Shown piece by piece: positions 28,664 to 39,700 of a stretch of 64,000 bases of DNA. This DNA comes from Candidatus Poribacteria bacterium (GTDB lineage: Bacteria > Poribacteria > WGA-4E > WGA-3G). The stretch is from assembly GCA_009839975.1 (NCBI GenBank), contig VXOP01000167.1, positions 185-64,184 on the forward strand, read 5' to 3'. The position numbers were made by a program, and so were the translations under genes. Within the stretch, counting starts at the first letter, position 1. Every line of letters starts with the position of its first letter. The notes beneath the pieces were generated by a model. The model did no database searches, was not told the DNA's origin, and saw only the letters and a list, made by a program, of their open reading frames with translations.

Positions 28664-30145
28664 ATGAGTGCTAAAAGAACTTCTGGTGCCTTAATGACTT
28701 CGCTTCTGATTCACGTGGTTTTGATACTTATCGCAGGTGTCTATTTTGTGACGCAAACCGAGACATTTAAAGACTTGGTTGGTGTGCAATTTGCAAAACC
28801 GCCTGAACCACCGAAGCCTAAGGTCCGAAAACCAATTGTCAGACAACTGAACAAGCCTATTGTTCCTGTTGAAGACACGGTCGTTCTTGAACAAGTTCAA
28901 GTGCAACCCCGTCTAACAACCGCTTTTGCTCCAAAGACCACTGTCGTACAACAACAGACAGTCTTGGAATTTTCAAATCAAGCAGTCAAGGTTGATGCCC
29001 CCATAAATCCAAACGTTCCGAAAGTGGTTCAACCCAATGTTCCTATACCCGAAGTGGTTACACACACAGAACTCCCTGTGTCCGATTCACCGAGTGCCTT
29101 AGCTTTTGCGGGTCCCGCACCAAGTGCACCTACGGCTGGTCCTGCTAATATCATTCGCGGTGTCTCAGGAAGTCCAGTGCAGGTCAAAGTCACTTTCCAA
29201 CGTTCTCCCGGTTTAGCTATGGTTGAGAACGTCGGTGTCGTTCGCGACGCTCTCGGTGATGTTGCCGAAAGCATTACGCTTGGTAATGTTGAAGTGCCAC
29301 CATTACCCAAGGGTGAACCCGGCGGACGCGTTATCGGTAAAGGTCGTGATATACGCGGTGTATTACGTTTCACACGTATACGACATAATCTGTCCGACTG
29401 GTGGGCTGATGCTTCTTCGCTAAATGCTCTTACCAAATGGCTTAATGAGAAAACACAGATCAAAACCGACATGAACGTTGAGGGAGGCGCATTAAAATTC
29501 ACGGATACTAATCTATTAAAAACGCCGATTGCGTTTATGACAGGACACGATCCATCTCTCGTACGCTCCAGAAACTTGCTCGGAAGACAATATGGCGGCG
29601 GAAAAATGGATAGCCGTTTAACACAAGCTGAAGCTGCAGGTTTACGGAAGTACCTCGTCGAAAAAGGTGGATTTCTCATCTTTGATGACTGCGGTGTAAA
29701 TGCTGCACAACAGGCAATGATACGACTGTTCCTCGCACAGATGCGATATGTCATGCCAGAGCACCAAATAGAACGTGTAGACAACACACACGAAATCTAT
29801 GATAATTTCTATCAGATCGGCGGACCTCCTGTCGGATTTGATATTTTCTGGTGGGGCACACGTCCTCCGAAACGGAACTTCCTTGAAGGTTTCTCTATTG
29901 AGAATAAATTATCCGTTCTCGTTGTTAGACGTGATTACATGTGTGCAATGGAATCTGTTAGTTTACCAACACGGAGTGTCCACTATTCACCAGGTGTCTA
30001 CCGATTTATGACAAACGTCGTCGTCTATGCCCTGACACACGGAGATATTTCAGATTATTCCGGCTATGTGCCAGAAGACACCTTGGCGAAGAAAGAACTT
30101 CCAACACGCGCACCTGAGGCTGCAAAAACTGGAGCAACTGAATAA
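28664..30145 (+). CDS. Membrane-anchored protein with Pro-rich linker and C-terminal DUF4159-like domain
   Basis: N-terminal TM. A PPEPPKPKVRKP TonB-like proline-rich region. The C-terminal domain pattern was recalled from memory as DUF4159. Confidence 0.35.
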   Translation: MSAKRTSGALMTSLLIHVVLILIAGVYFVTQTETFKDLVGVQFAKPPEPPKPKVRKPIVRQLNKPIVPVEDTVVLEQVQVQPRLTTAFAPKTTVVQQQTVLEFSNQAVKVDAPINPNVPKVVQPNVPIPEVVTHTELPVSDSPSALAFAGPAPSAPTAGPANIIRGVSGSPVQVKVTFQRSPGLAMVENVGVVRDALGDVAESITLGNVEVPPLPKGEPGGRVIGKGRDIRGVLRFTRIRHNLSDWWADASSLNALTKWLNEKTQIKTDMNVEGGALKFTDTNLLKTPIAFMTGHDPSLVRSRNLLGRQYGGGKMDSRLTQAEAAGLRKYLVEKGGFLIFDDCGVNAAQQAMIRLFLAQMRYVMPEHQIERVDNTHEIYDNFYQIGGPPVGFDIFWWGTRPPKRNFLEGFSIENKLSVLVVRRDYMCAMESVSLPTRSVHYSPGVYRFMTNVVVYALTHGDISDYSGYVPEDTLAKKELPTRAPEAAKTGATE

Positions 30146-30187
30146 TAGACTACTTTGAGACTATTCAGTTCTAATCTTAATCCCATA

Positions 30188-30240
30188 AACAATCTCCCAT
30201 GATGGATATCATGACCATCATTGGGAGATTGTTTTGTTAT
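30188..30240 (+). terminator. Rho-independent terminator
   Basis: aacaatctccca-(21 nt loop)-tgggagattgtt is a 12-bp perfect stem. It is followed by TTGTTTTGTTA. Confidence 0.55.
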
Positions 30241-30302
30241 AGTGAAATTCAGAAATATACTCACAACTTTGATCCGATGGATATAAACCACCGGACTATG
30301 CT

Positions 30303-30326
30303 GTAGCATAAACTGTTAGTTTGCGC
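30303..30326. promoter_or_regulatory. Palindromic motif TGTAGCATAAACT-N4-AGTTTGCG (copy 2 of 3)
   Basis: It sits 19 bp upstream of the TTG start of the TIM-barrel isomerase gene. The extended palindrome is TGTAGC...GCTACA. Confidence 0.45.
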
Positions 30327-30344
30327 TACAAATGAGGTGAAAAA

Positions 30345-31169
30345 TTGAAACTTGGCGTATCCACATATTCGTATTGGCATTTCAAAACTGAGAAAGTACC
30401 AATTGAACATGTCATTGAAGAAGCTGCGAAACTTGAACTTGATGGCATTGAAATCCTACACAGACAAATGGAATCCGAAGCATCTTCCTATCTCCAGAAA
30501 CTCAAGAGACACGCCTTTATTCACGGACTTGACCTATACGCACTCTCTATCCATCAAAGTTTTGTTTCACCAGAAGCGGAAAAACGGCAAAAGGACATCA
30601 ATCACACCATACACTGCCTGCGGTTAGCACATGAACTCGGCATCCCATCAATTCGTTTAAACTCAGGACGATGGAATACGATAAAATCCTTTGACGACCT
30701 GATGAAGACTGAAGGGAAAGAACCAGCACTACCCGACTATACTGAGGATGACGCATTTGACTGGGTGATTGCTTCTATTGAAAAATGCCTCCCGGATGCA
30801 GAGAAATACGGTGTAATTCTCGGTCTGGAAAACCATTGGGGGTTGACATGTACAGCAGAAGGCGTAAACAGAATCGTCTCAGCAATAGACTCCGAATGGT
30901 TGAAGGTAACAATGGATTGTGGAAATTTCCTCACCGATCCGTATGATAAACTTGCACAGATCGCACCCGAAGCAGTACTTGTCCACGCAAAAACCTATTA
31001 CGGCGGCGGAGAATGGTACACCTTAGACCTTGATTATACCAAAATCGGAGAGATTTTACATGATGTCGGATTTCAGGGTTATATCTCTATTGAATTTGAA
31101 GGTAAAGAAGATGCACATATAGGTGTTCCGAAGAGTGTAGAAATGCTGCGCGCCTCACTGAATATCTAA
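30345..31169 (+). CDS. Sugar phosphate isomerase/epimerase (xylose-isomerase-like TIM barrel)
   Basis: MKLGVSTYSYW start and TIM-barrel metal-site pattern (LENHWG, HAKT). TTG start with GAGGTG RBS. Confidence 0.65.
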   Translation: MKLGVSTYSYWHFKTEKVPIEHVIEEAAKLELDGIEILHRQMESEASSYLQKLKRHAFIHGLDLYALSIHQSFVSPEAEKRQKDINHTIHCLRLAHELGIPSIRLNSGRWNTIKSFDDLMKTEGKEPALPDYTEDDAFDWVIASIEKCLPDAEKYGVILGLENHWGLTCTAEGVNRIVSAIDSEWLKVTMDCGNFLTDPYDKLAQIAPEAVLVHAKTYYGGGEWYTLDLDYTKIGEILHDVGFQGYISIEFEGKEDAHIGVPKSVEMLRASLNI

Positions 31170-31189
31170 ATCCGTGTAGGATTCTATCA

Positions 31190-32302
31190 TTAGTTCGTTT
31201 CCCACGGTGCCACTCGGTTCACTGCGGGTGGTGCTGGGAAACGACTCAATACATCAACAGGTCTACCCAAATCAGAGGATTCAAGCACGCGTTCACAGAC
31301 CTCCAAGACATGTCGTGCTTGTGCCCCGTTGCATCTTGGATTACGATCATGCCTGATTGCATCCGCAAAATCTGCTACACCTTTTCCCCAATCCAATCCC
31401 GTGAATGCTTTCGGAGGTGATGGTTCATCTTGCCATCCAGCTTGAGGTGTAAACTTCTTAATACCGCGTCCATCATCATGTGCCTGCAATGAAAACCCAC
31501 CCTTTGTACCGTGAATCTCGTAAGGTGGGATTTGTGAAGTCACGGTAAAACTGTGATAGATAAATCCGTGTGAACCGCCATCCTGAGACACATCAAACTC
31601 AAGTACTGCAAAACCGTGATCCTTTTCATTAACCTCAAATTCCGTGCCTTTTTTCGGTCCTTGTGTCAGCACCCGTCTCGGCACAGCCACCCTTGCAAAT
31701 CCGTGAACTGTTTTCACGGGTCCTATCATTGTCGTCATTGCTGTTAGCGGGTAAGGTGCAACATCTCTGAAGGGGCCCGCGTGCTGTAAGAACGCATCTG
31801 CGCTTGGATGCCAATGCTCCAGCGGTCCGCCAAAGTTCCCAATTGCAGAAATCACATCACCTATCTCACCATCGCGTATCCGCTGCCAGACGTTCTGTTG
31901 CACATGACCGAGTATCGCGGATGGCGCACACGCCAGTTTCAATCCGTTTGTTTCTGCAGTCTCAACAAGTTCATTCGCCTCATCGGTCTTGATAGAGATC
32001 GGTTTTTCAGAATAGACATGTTTTCCAGCTTTCAGTGCCGCTAAAGAAACAGGATAGTGTGAAATATGTAGCGTCAGATTTACAATTGCTTCCACATTTG
32101 AATCGTCCAGAACTGCCTCAAGGGATGGATAAACCTTACCCCTATTTCTCTCCGCAAGTGCTGTTGCACGTGCCTTATCCTGGTCATAGAAACCGACTAA
32201 TTCAATTTGATTAGGATACGCTTGACAACGCGGTTGGTAACCACCTGCTGCAATCATACCACATCCAATAATAACAGTTCGTACTGGTGTTATACTTGAC
32301 AT
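31190..32302 (-). CDS. Gfo/Idh/MocA family NAD(P)-dependent oxidoreductase
   Basis: N-terminal Rossmann VIIGCGMIA. EKP motif. The start is revised to the ATG at 32302 with an AAGGAGG RBS. The ORF track extends to 32353. Confidence 0.75.
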   Translation of the reverse strand: MSSITPVRTVIIGCGMIAAGGYQPRCQAYPNQIELVGFYDQDKARATALAERNRGKVYPSLEAVLDDSNVEAIVNLTLHISHYPVSLAALKAGKHVYSEKPISIKTDEANELVETAETNGLKLACAPSAILGHVQQNVWQRIRDGEIGDVISAIGNFGGPLEHWHPSADAFLQHAGPFRDVAPYPLTAMTTMIGPVKTVHGFARVAVPRRVLTQGPKKGTEFEVNEKDHGFAVLEFDVSQDGGSHGFIYHSFTVTSQIPPYEIHGTKGGFSLQAHDDGRGIKKFTPQAGWQDEPSPPKAFTGLDWGKGVADFADAIRHDRNPRCNGAQARHVLEVCERVLESSDLGRPVDVLSRFPAPPAVNRVAPWETN

Positions 32303-32345
32303 TAAATCCTCCTTATACCACTTCATATTGAGAATGTCTCTATAT

Positions 32346-32369
32346 TGTAGCATAAACTCTTAGTTTGTG
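32346..32369. promoter_or_regulatory. Palindromic motif TGTAGCATAAACT-N4-AGTTTGTG (copy 3 of 3)
   Basis: It lies 44 bp upstream of the revised start of the Gfo/Idh/MocA gene on the minus strand. Confidence 0.45.
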
Positions 32370-32501
32370 TCGTTCTCTATTTCATAATTTCTCCCTTTTC
32401 ATCCTTCCACTCTTTCAAACTCCCAAACTTTGCATTCCCATATTTCCTTGACAGCACAAGCATTTTTAGTGTAAAATTGATTGAACAAGGAGATACTAAA
32501 A

Positions 32502-32900
32502 ATGCAACAAACACATACTAGCATTCTGTTATGCTCTGTCTTCGTACTTATGATCCTGATTGGCTGTGCTTCCCACGATGTGACAAGCACAAAAGACTAT
32601 AACCAGTTTGCAATAAAAGCTGCACAAGCCGGTCTTTGGAATGAGGCGATTTTCCGATGGAAACAGGTGGTAAGTATTGACCCAGATAACGCTGCTGCCC
32701 ATAACAACCTCGGAGTCGGCTATGAGGCGATGGGAAAAATAGCGGAAGCAAAGTCAGCATATCAACGCGCAACTGAACTTGAACCAAACAGCAAGTATTA
32801 CCGGATCAACTATCGCAGATGTCGTCTACATATCCGACGAAGTGGAACAGACAACGATGAAATCTCATCTGAACCTATGCAAGTACCTGAAGACGATTAA
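32502..32900 (+). CDS. TPR-repeat lipoprotein
   Basis: Lipobox LILIGCAS. TPR consensus residues (AAAHNNLGVGYEAMGKIAEAKSAYQRATELEPN). AAGGAGA RBS. Confidence 0.55.
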   Translation: MQQTHTSILLCSVFVLMILIGCASHDVTSTKDYNQFAIKAAQAGLWNEAIFRWKQVVSIDPDNAAAHNNLGVGYEAMGKIAEAKSAYQRATELEPNSKYYRINYRRCRLHIRRSGTDNDEISSEPMQVPEDD

Positions 32901-32916
32901 CCCTGGAAAACTTCCG

Positions 32917-33672
32917 ATGCAGAAGAAAATAACAACCCTCGTTACGCAATTTTTTAAAGAATATGCAATAACCTGTCTATTGATGATCATATCCTTGGCG
33001 TTAAGTGCTTGCGGTAGCAAAGTCGCGCGCGTTGCTATACCGATAAAAGTTCAATCCGAAATTGACATCAATACCTATTCAAACTTCGCTGTGCTGCCGT
33101 TTATCAGTGAAAAACACACATCAAAAATAGGGGAAATCCCCGCTGATATAGGAAAAGATGTCGCACAGATTCTAAGAAGCGGTCTATCACGACAAAAACA
33201 TTTTGAGGTCGTTGATAAACAGGAAACCGAACGTATCATGACAGGTGAAGAGATTGAAGAAGACCTCCTCGCGGATACCGAACGATTGAGCAAGTTCGGT
33301 GGATACTTTGAAGTAAAAGGCATCATTATCGGAAGTTATCGCTTTTACACAGATACACGACCCAGACGGTATTACGGTGAACGGTATTCAGTCAGTCAAC
33401 AGCGATATGTTATGGATTATCAAGACTATATGCAAAAGACCTATCTACTTGCATTACGCGTCATCATTGTAGATGTTGACACTGAGAAGATTATCTGGGA
33501 TGAAGTTTATCAACAGAGAGCTGCGGAAGCACACTCTATTGGTTCCTTCGTCTTTTCGCAAATGGCACCACAAGAGACCACATTGAGAGAACTCAGCAAA
33601 CGCGCTGTCGCACAATTTACACAAGACATCTCTCCACACTACGAACAGGAAGACAGATTTCTGATGCGGTAA
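32917..33672 (+). CDS. Hypothetical lipoprotein
   Basis: Signal plus lipobox (LMIISLALSACGS). The start is taken at the first ATG after the upstream stop. The ORF track's 32779 start overlaps the previous gene out of frame. Confidence 0.4.
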   Translation: MQKKITTLVTQFFKEYAITCLLMIISLALSACGSKVARVAIPIKVQSEIDINTYSNFAVLPFISEKHTSKIGEIPADIGKDVAQILRSGLSRQKHFEVVDKQETERIMTGEEIEEDLLADTERLSKFGGYFEVKGIIIGSYRFYTDTRPRRYYGERYSVSQQRYVMDYQDYMQKTYLLALRVIIVDVDTEKIIWDEVYQQRAAEAHSIGSFVFSQMAPQETTLRELSKRAVAQFTQDISPHYEQEDRFLMR

Positions 33673-33744
33673 TTCCTGCCAAATAAATAGCCAAAATATA
33701 GTGGATAATGGAATTATTTATACACTATCAATAATACCCAGAAC

Positions 33745-33774
33745 GGTAGGTGCGATTAGGATATCGCACCTACC
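33745..33774 (+). promoter_or_regulatory. 12-bp perfect inverted repeat hairpin immediately upstream of RBS
   Basis: ggtaggtgcgat-taggat-atcgcacctacc. No U-tract follows. It directly precedes the AGGAGAGG RBS of the gene at 33789. Confidence 0.35.
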
Positions 33775-33788
33775 AGGAGAGGCAACTG

Positions 33789-36686
33789 ATGAAAAGTAAA
33801 AAAAACACATTATTGGGAATTAGAATCGCACGATTTTTCATCATTTTGATTTTAACGATATGCTTCTCAACGAACGTTTGGGCACAAGGTTTCGGCAAGA
33901 ACAAAATCACTGCACAAAGGTTTGATTGGCATATCCATCGTACTGAACATTTTGATATACACTACTATCCAAGCGAAGCAAAACTTGTTCCGATAATGGC
34001 TGCCATCGCTGAAGAAGCTTATGAAAAACATAGCGAGGATTTTGAGCACGAAATTGAGAGTAGAACACCCCTCATCTTATACAAATCACATAAAGATTTT
34101 CAAGAAACTAACATCATACTACAGGAACTGCATGAAGGTATCGGCGGCTTTGCCGAACTCTTTAAACATAGGGTTGTTATACCTTTTACAGGATCACTTG
34201 AAGCTTTTCGTGAGGTGATCTATCATGAACTCATACACATCTTTCAGTTCGACATTCTCTATCAAAAACCGCATGCCCGAATCTATAGCGGAGAGTTCCT
34301 CTATTCGCCACCTATATGGTTCATAGAAGGTATGGCAGATTACTTCGCAAACGATAAAGACGCGCTGGGTGAAATGGTGCTACGAGATGCAAGTATCAAC
34401 AATAATATACTTCCATTAACTGAGTTGCAGAACTTCAATCGTCTGAGTTCTCCTTATCTTGGTTATAAAATGGGACAGTTGGCTGTTGAATATCTCGTCA
34501 CGACGTATGGAAGGGATAAAATCGCCGAGATATTGCGGGGATTGCGACAGAGTAGAACAAAAAATATTGACTTAGTCTTCAAAAACGTACTTGGGGTCAG
34601 TTTGAAAGAATTTGATGTCGGTTATCAACAGATGCTGCGAAAACGTTATTGGCCCCTCATAGAAGATCGCGAGTTACCGAATATCGTTTCTCGGAAACTT
34701 ACTGAAAACGCCAGATTTTCTCATAACATTAAACCTGTATGGTCACCCAGTGGCGATATAGTTGCTTATGTTACTGCCAATGAAGGTTTCTTAGAGATTG
34801 TCCTGATGTCCTCAAAAACAGGCAAGAAACTTGATAGAATTACAAAGCGGTTTTTCCGTAATAAATACGAGGAGATCAGAACTGATTCCAGCGGCTTTGA
34901 CAGAAGCCTTGCGTGGGCACCAAACGGGGATCACATCGCTTTCATCGGTAAACACCACGATGCGAATTATCTCTTTGAAGTTAATATCCTCACACACAAA
35001 CTCACACATTACGTTAAACTCGACTATGATTCAGCAAACTCACCCAGTTATAATGGGGCTGGTGACCGTATCGTTTTTACTGCTTTGAAGGAAGGGCAAA
35101 CAGACCTTTACATCATTGACCTTGACACAGAATCTATTAGCAGATTAACCAGAGATTCCTTCAACGATACGCACCCATCATGGCATCCAAATAGAGATAC
35201 GATCATCTACGCTTCAGAACGTGAACACAAAAACCGACTTGTTCTTATTGACCTGGATCAAAGAACGGAACAGAAACTTACGGATAATGCCTCAAACGCT
35301 ATCAGTCCGATATGGATGTCAGATGGAGAGTCCGTGCTGTTTTGTGCTGACAGGTCAGGTGTATACGATGCATATAAACTCCACATCGCCACCATGGAGA
35401 CGACACGTCTCACGAACTTAATAACTGGGTGTTCCAACCCAAGTTTCTCACCAGATGGAAAAAGATTGCTTTTTAGCGCATATCAAGATGGGAAATATGA
35501 CATCTGTGTGATGTACTCAGACAAAATACTAAACGAAAAAGTCGAAATACCTGAGTTTGCATCAGAACCGATTGCTATAAATATCGATTCAGACGCCTCT
35601 CAGCGAAACTATAGAATTGCCAGACGGAAGTACAGTACACGCAATTCTTTCCGGTTTGATGCGATTTTTCCCCAGTTTAGTTACGGAGCTGATGGACTGC
35701 TACGTAGTCAAATTCAGATGAGTGCCAGCGATATGTTGGGTAATCATCGTGTTGAACTCAGCGTCATAAATCAGTCTGGTGGGTATCTCGTCCCGGATTT
35801 TATTGCACAATACGGATACTTAACGAATCGAGCTGATGTCGGGGTAGTCGTCTACAACTATCATCAATACCATCTACTCGGTTCACTTCGGAATCAAACT
35901 GGTATTTTACAACGAATTACAGGAGGCGGTGCTTTTCTCAGTTATCCCTTTAATCGGTACAACAGATTAGACCTTCAGTATTCTATGTATACGACACCGT
36001 TTTCTTACAATTTTGACACGGTTAATCCTGTTGAGTTCTATGATCGTGGATTTCTCTCGATGGGTTCCATCGCTTTCGTGAGTGATAATACCATGTGGCG
36101 AGAGTTTGCTCCCTATAGAGGTACACGCTACCGTTTTCAAGTAGAACGTTCATTTCCTGCCCTGGGTAGCGAGTTAGCACTTACAAATGCTATTTTTGAT
36201 ATTCGCAAATATATCGGTTTAGGGAGACGTTCAACGATCGCTACTCGGTTACTACTTGGTGGTAGTTTCGGCGCAGACAAATCGCTCTTTTATCTGGGTG
36301 GCATAGACTCACTCCGGGGATATGATTACGAAGACTTTGTTGGTTCTCGGGTTGGACTATTCAATGTTGAGCTGCGTGTGCCTTTCATAGATGTTCTCTA
36401 TTTCGGTTGGCCCTTCCGTTGGTCAATTGGTGGCATTGGCGGCGTTCTATTTATGGATATTGGTGGAACGTGGGCGGATGAATTATACAGTTCAGAGAAT
36501 CCCTTTAGAATCATACGTCGTGAAGGTAGACGTTATCGTCTGGCAGATGTGCAAGGATCAATCGGTCTTGGGATGCGACTCCGTTTCGGTTTATTCTCAT
36601 TAGATTTCGCTGCCGCACGGCACATGGATTTAGCAAGTATCAAGCCAGGCGTAAAATATCACATCGGTTTAGGACAAGCGTTTTAA
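33789..36686 (+). CDS. Outer-membrane multidomain protein: HExxH peptidase-like domain + TolB-like beta-propeller repeats + C-terminal Omp85/surface-antigen beta-barrel
   Basis: Signal peptide. VIYHELIHIFQ metallopeptidase motif. Repeated SP[SN]GD..I[AV][FY] propeller blades. C-terminal G/Y/F-rich alternating beta-strand region ending ...HIGLGQAF. Confidence 0.45.
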   Translation: MKSKKNTLLGIRIARFFIILILTICFSTNVWAQGFGKNKITAQRFDWHIHRTEHFDIHYYPSEAKLVPIMAAIAEEAYEKHSEDFEHEIESRTPLILYKSHKDFQETNIILQELHEGIGGFAELFKHRVVIPFTGSLEAFREVIYHELIHIFQFDILYQKPHARIYSGEFLYSPPIWFIEGMADYFANDKDALGEMVLRDASINNNILPLTELQNFNRLSSPYLGYKMGQLAVEYLVTTYGRDKIAEILRGLRQSRTKNIDLVFKNVLGVSLKEFDVGYQQMLRKRYWPLIEDRELPNIVSRKLTENARFSHNIKPVWSPSGDIVAYVTANEGFLEIVLMSSKTGKKLDRITKRFFRNKYEEIRTDSSGFDRSLAWAPNGDHIAFIGKHHDANYLFEVNILTHKLTHYVKLDYDSANSPSYNGAGDRIVFTALKEGQTDLYIIDLDTESISRLTRDSFNDTHPSWHPNRDTIIYASEREHKNRLVLIDLDQRTEQKLTDNASNAISPIWMSDGESVLFCADRSGVYDAYKLHIATMETTRLTNLITGCSNPSFSPDGKRLLFSAYQDGKYDICVMYSDKILNEKVEIPEFASEPIAINIDSDASQRNYRIARRKYSTRNSFRFDAIFPQFSYGADGLLRSQIQMSASDMLGNHRVELSVINQSGGYLVPDFIAQYGYLTNRADVGVVVYNYHQYHLLGSLRNQTGILQRITGGGAFLSYPFNRYNRLDLQYSMYTTPFSYNFDTVNPVEFYDRGFLSMGSIAFVSDNTMWREFAPYRGTRYRFQVERSFPALGSELALTNAIFDIRKYIGLGRRSTIATRLLLGGSFGADKSLFYLGGIDSLRGYDYEDFVGSRVGLFNVELRVPFIDVLYFGWPFRWSIGGIGGVLFMDIGGTWADELYSSENPFRIIRREGRRYRLADVQGSIGLGMRLRFGLFSLDFAAARHMDLASIKPGVKYHIGLGQAF

Positions 36687-36735
36687 CTATAGTAAGATAT
36701 AATGTCAATAGAAAGAATTCAAACAAGGAGAAATA

Positions 36736-39700
36736 ATGGAACCACGGGTAAAGAAGTTTATCATAATTGCCGCCGTTTTAGCCGCACTTGCAGGGATTAT
36801 TGCCGCATGGGTCAATATCTATCCCGATGTACTATGGTTCGGGATGGTGGAATACCTCAGCGTCTACACCAAAATACTCACCACTAAGATATTCGTTGGC
36901 GTTATCGTAGGGTTAGTCTATCTAATCGTTCTCTTAGCGAATTTATTCATAGTCTATAAGTTCACACCAGCACATCTCAGTCCTGCTTTCTTAGGTGGCA
37001 CTGAATTCACGGGTGGAGAAACCAACACTCGCAAGATGATCTATGGCGGACTCACAGTGCTTGCAGTTCTATTTAGTGTGCTAATGGGATATACTGCAAC
37101 TGACAGATGGGAAGTCTATTTACGATATACCCACGCCGATACCTTAAACTTTCAGGCTGCAACACCCATCGTCGTAGGTGAAGGTATCAGTTCAACCCAA
37201 CTTCCCGTTTCAACATTAGAATTAGACGCGAAAAAAATCCAGATCGGTGATGAGATAACAATTAATGTTGATGGGAACGAACAAACTGCAAAAGTTGAGA
37301 GTTTTCTAACCGAGCAGAGAACAGAGGGTGGCAAGAATGTAGAAGCACGCATTGGACTTGGCTTAAACACACCAGTACAGATTGAATCGGGACAAAAGGC
37401 GTTCTTTACATCACTGGCACGAGACCCAATTTTTGATAAAGACGTTTCCTATTACATATTCAAAATGCCGATGTTGCGGTATATATGTGGGACGTTTTTT
37501 GGCTTGTTCATGCTGGTAACGATTTTCGCAATTCTCATCTACTTTTTTCACGGATTGATCACAGGAGATACAAACCAATTCCGATTTCAGCCACCATTTA
37601 AGGTGAAGGCACATCTATTTATTCTTGTTGGTGTCACGCTACTTTTCCGTGCCTGGAATTACCAATTTGTCATGTACGACCTTCTCTATGGAACGAATGA
37701 TGTTGTCCGAGGGGGCGGCGGATACGCTGCAATAAACGCACGGCTACCTATCCTTTGGATAATGCTGGTTATTACGGTACTGGTTGCTCTTATTTTTATC
37801 GTCAGCATCTTTATCCGTAAGAACACTTTTGCTTTTGGGGGATTGATCTTTTTCATCGTCGCAGGACTTCTCGGCAATCTTTATCCACAGATTATACAGA
37901 AATGGCGTGTTGAACCGAATAAGCAGGTATTAGAGACACAGTATATCAATTACAACATCAGGGCAACGTTACAAGCTTACGGCTTAGCGGAAAACAAGGT
38001 ATTAGTAGAGGAATATCCGCTGACAGAAGAAATTAATTACGAAGACATCATAAGTGAAGAAAACGCACCTGTTTTCAATAGCATACGTCTATGGGATTGG
38101 CGACCTTTACGGAGAACGTTCCGACAACTACAGGAACTGCGAACGCAATACGACTTCGTGGATGTTGACATCGACAGATACATCGTTGATGATGAAATTA
38201 GACAGGTGATGTTGTCAGGACGGGAGCTGAATATTGATGAACTCCCTATAGATAGTCGAAATGATTGGTATAAGGAAACCTATGTCTATACACACGGTTA
38301 CGGTGCTGTTGTTAGTCCTGTGAATGAAATTAACAACGGCAAACCGAATATGTACATCAAAGAACTACCCTCCGTGTACGATACGCAGTGGCAACATAGG
38401 TTTGCAGAAATACCTGGTCCTCGCATCTACTATGGTGAGCGGACAAACCGATATGTAATCGTCCACCCTGACCGTAGTAAAGGACCACTTGAATTTGATT
38501 ATCCGATTGAGGGGCAACAATACGCTGAATATGCATATAAAGGAAAGGGCGGCGTACAAATAACCTCTTTCTGGCGGAAACTTCTCTATATGCTCAAATT
38601 TGATAACCAGATAAACTTTGTATTACCAGGGGAGATTGATTCAGAAAGCAACAGCAAAATCCTATACAATCGTAATATCAATCAACGTGTTCAGAAAATC
38701 GCACCGTTCTTACAATATGATGGCGATCCTTACATCATAATTCATAACGGAAGAATTGTATGGATGATTGATGCTTATACTGTCACACACCGTTATCCTT
38801 ATGCTGTTTCTATGAGAAACTTTGTTAAGGATAAACGAAACACTGGACCTTGGGGAAACTACATCCGAAACTCTGTCAAGGTAGTGGTCGACGCTTATGA
38901 TGGCACCGTTGATTTTTATATAGTAGAACGGGAAAATGACCCGATAGCGGAATGTTACCGAAAAATCTTTCCTGACCTGTTCAAACCTTTCTCCGAAATG
39001 CCTGAAGAACTCAAAGCACATATTCGATACCCAACAACAATGTTCCTTATACAAGCACGCGTATACGAAGATTACCACATGAAAGATCCAGTTACATTTT
39101 ATGCTGCTGAGGATAGATGGGAAATCGGCAAGGAACTTTATGACCATACAGATGCTCAAACAAGTCCAGTCCAGACAACACAACCGGCACAACGTTTTGG
39201 TGCAACACAGCAACAGCAACCTATTCAAAGATCAGGTGTAGATGGACAACCTGTTGAACCCTATTATGTCGTTATAAAGTTACCAGGACAAGAAAAAGCT
39301 GAATTTATGTTGATGTTACCTTATGTGCCATACAACAAACCAAATCTAACTGCCTGGATCGCAGCACGATGCGACCTACCGCAATACGGACAACTCCTCG
39401 TCTATCGTTTCCCAAAAGGGAAACAGGTCGCAGGTCCCATGCAGGTTGAAAACTTCATCAGTCAAGAACCAGATATCTCACAACAGATTAGCCTTTGTAA
39501 TACGCAAGGTTCTCGTGTCCTGCGGGTAAATCTGCTTATTTTACCCATGAACGACTCTCTACTCTATGTTGAACCAATCTATATCCAAGCTGAAGATGAA
39601 AAGACTGCTATTCCTGAATTGCGACGGGTCGTTATCGGATATGGAAATAAGGTCGTCTGGGGTGCAAGTCTCAACGAGGCACTCATAAAAATGTTCGGAG

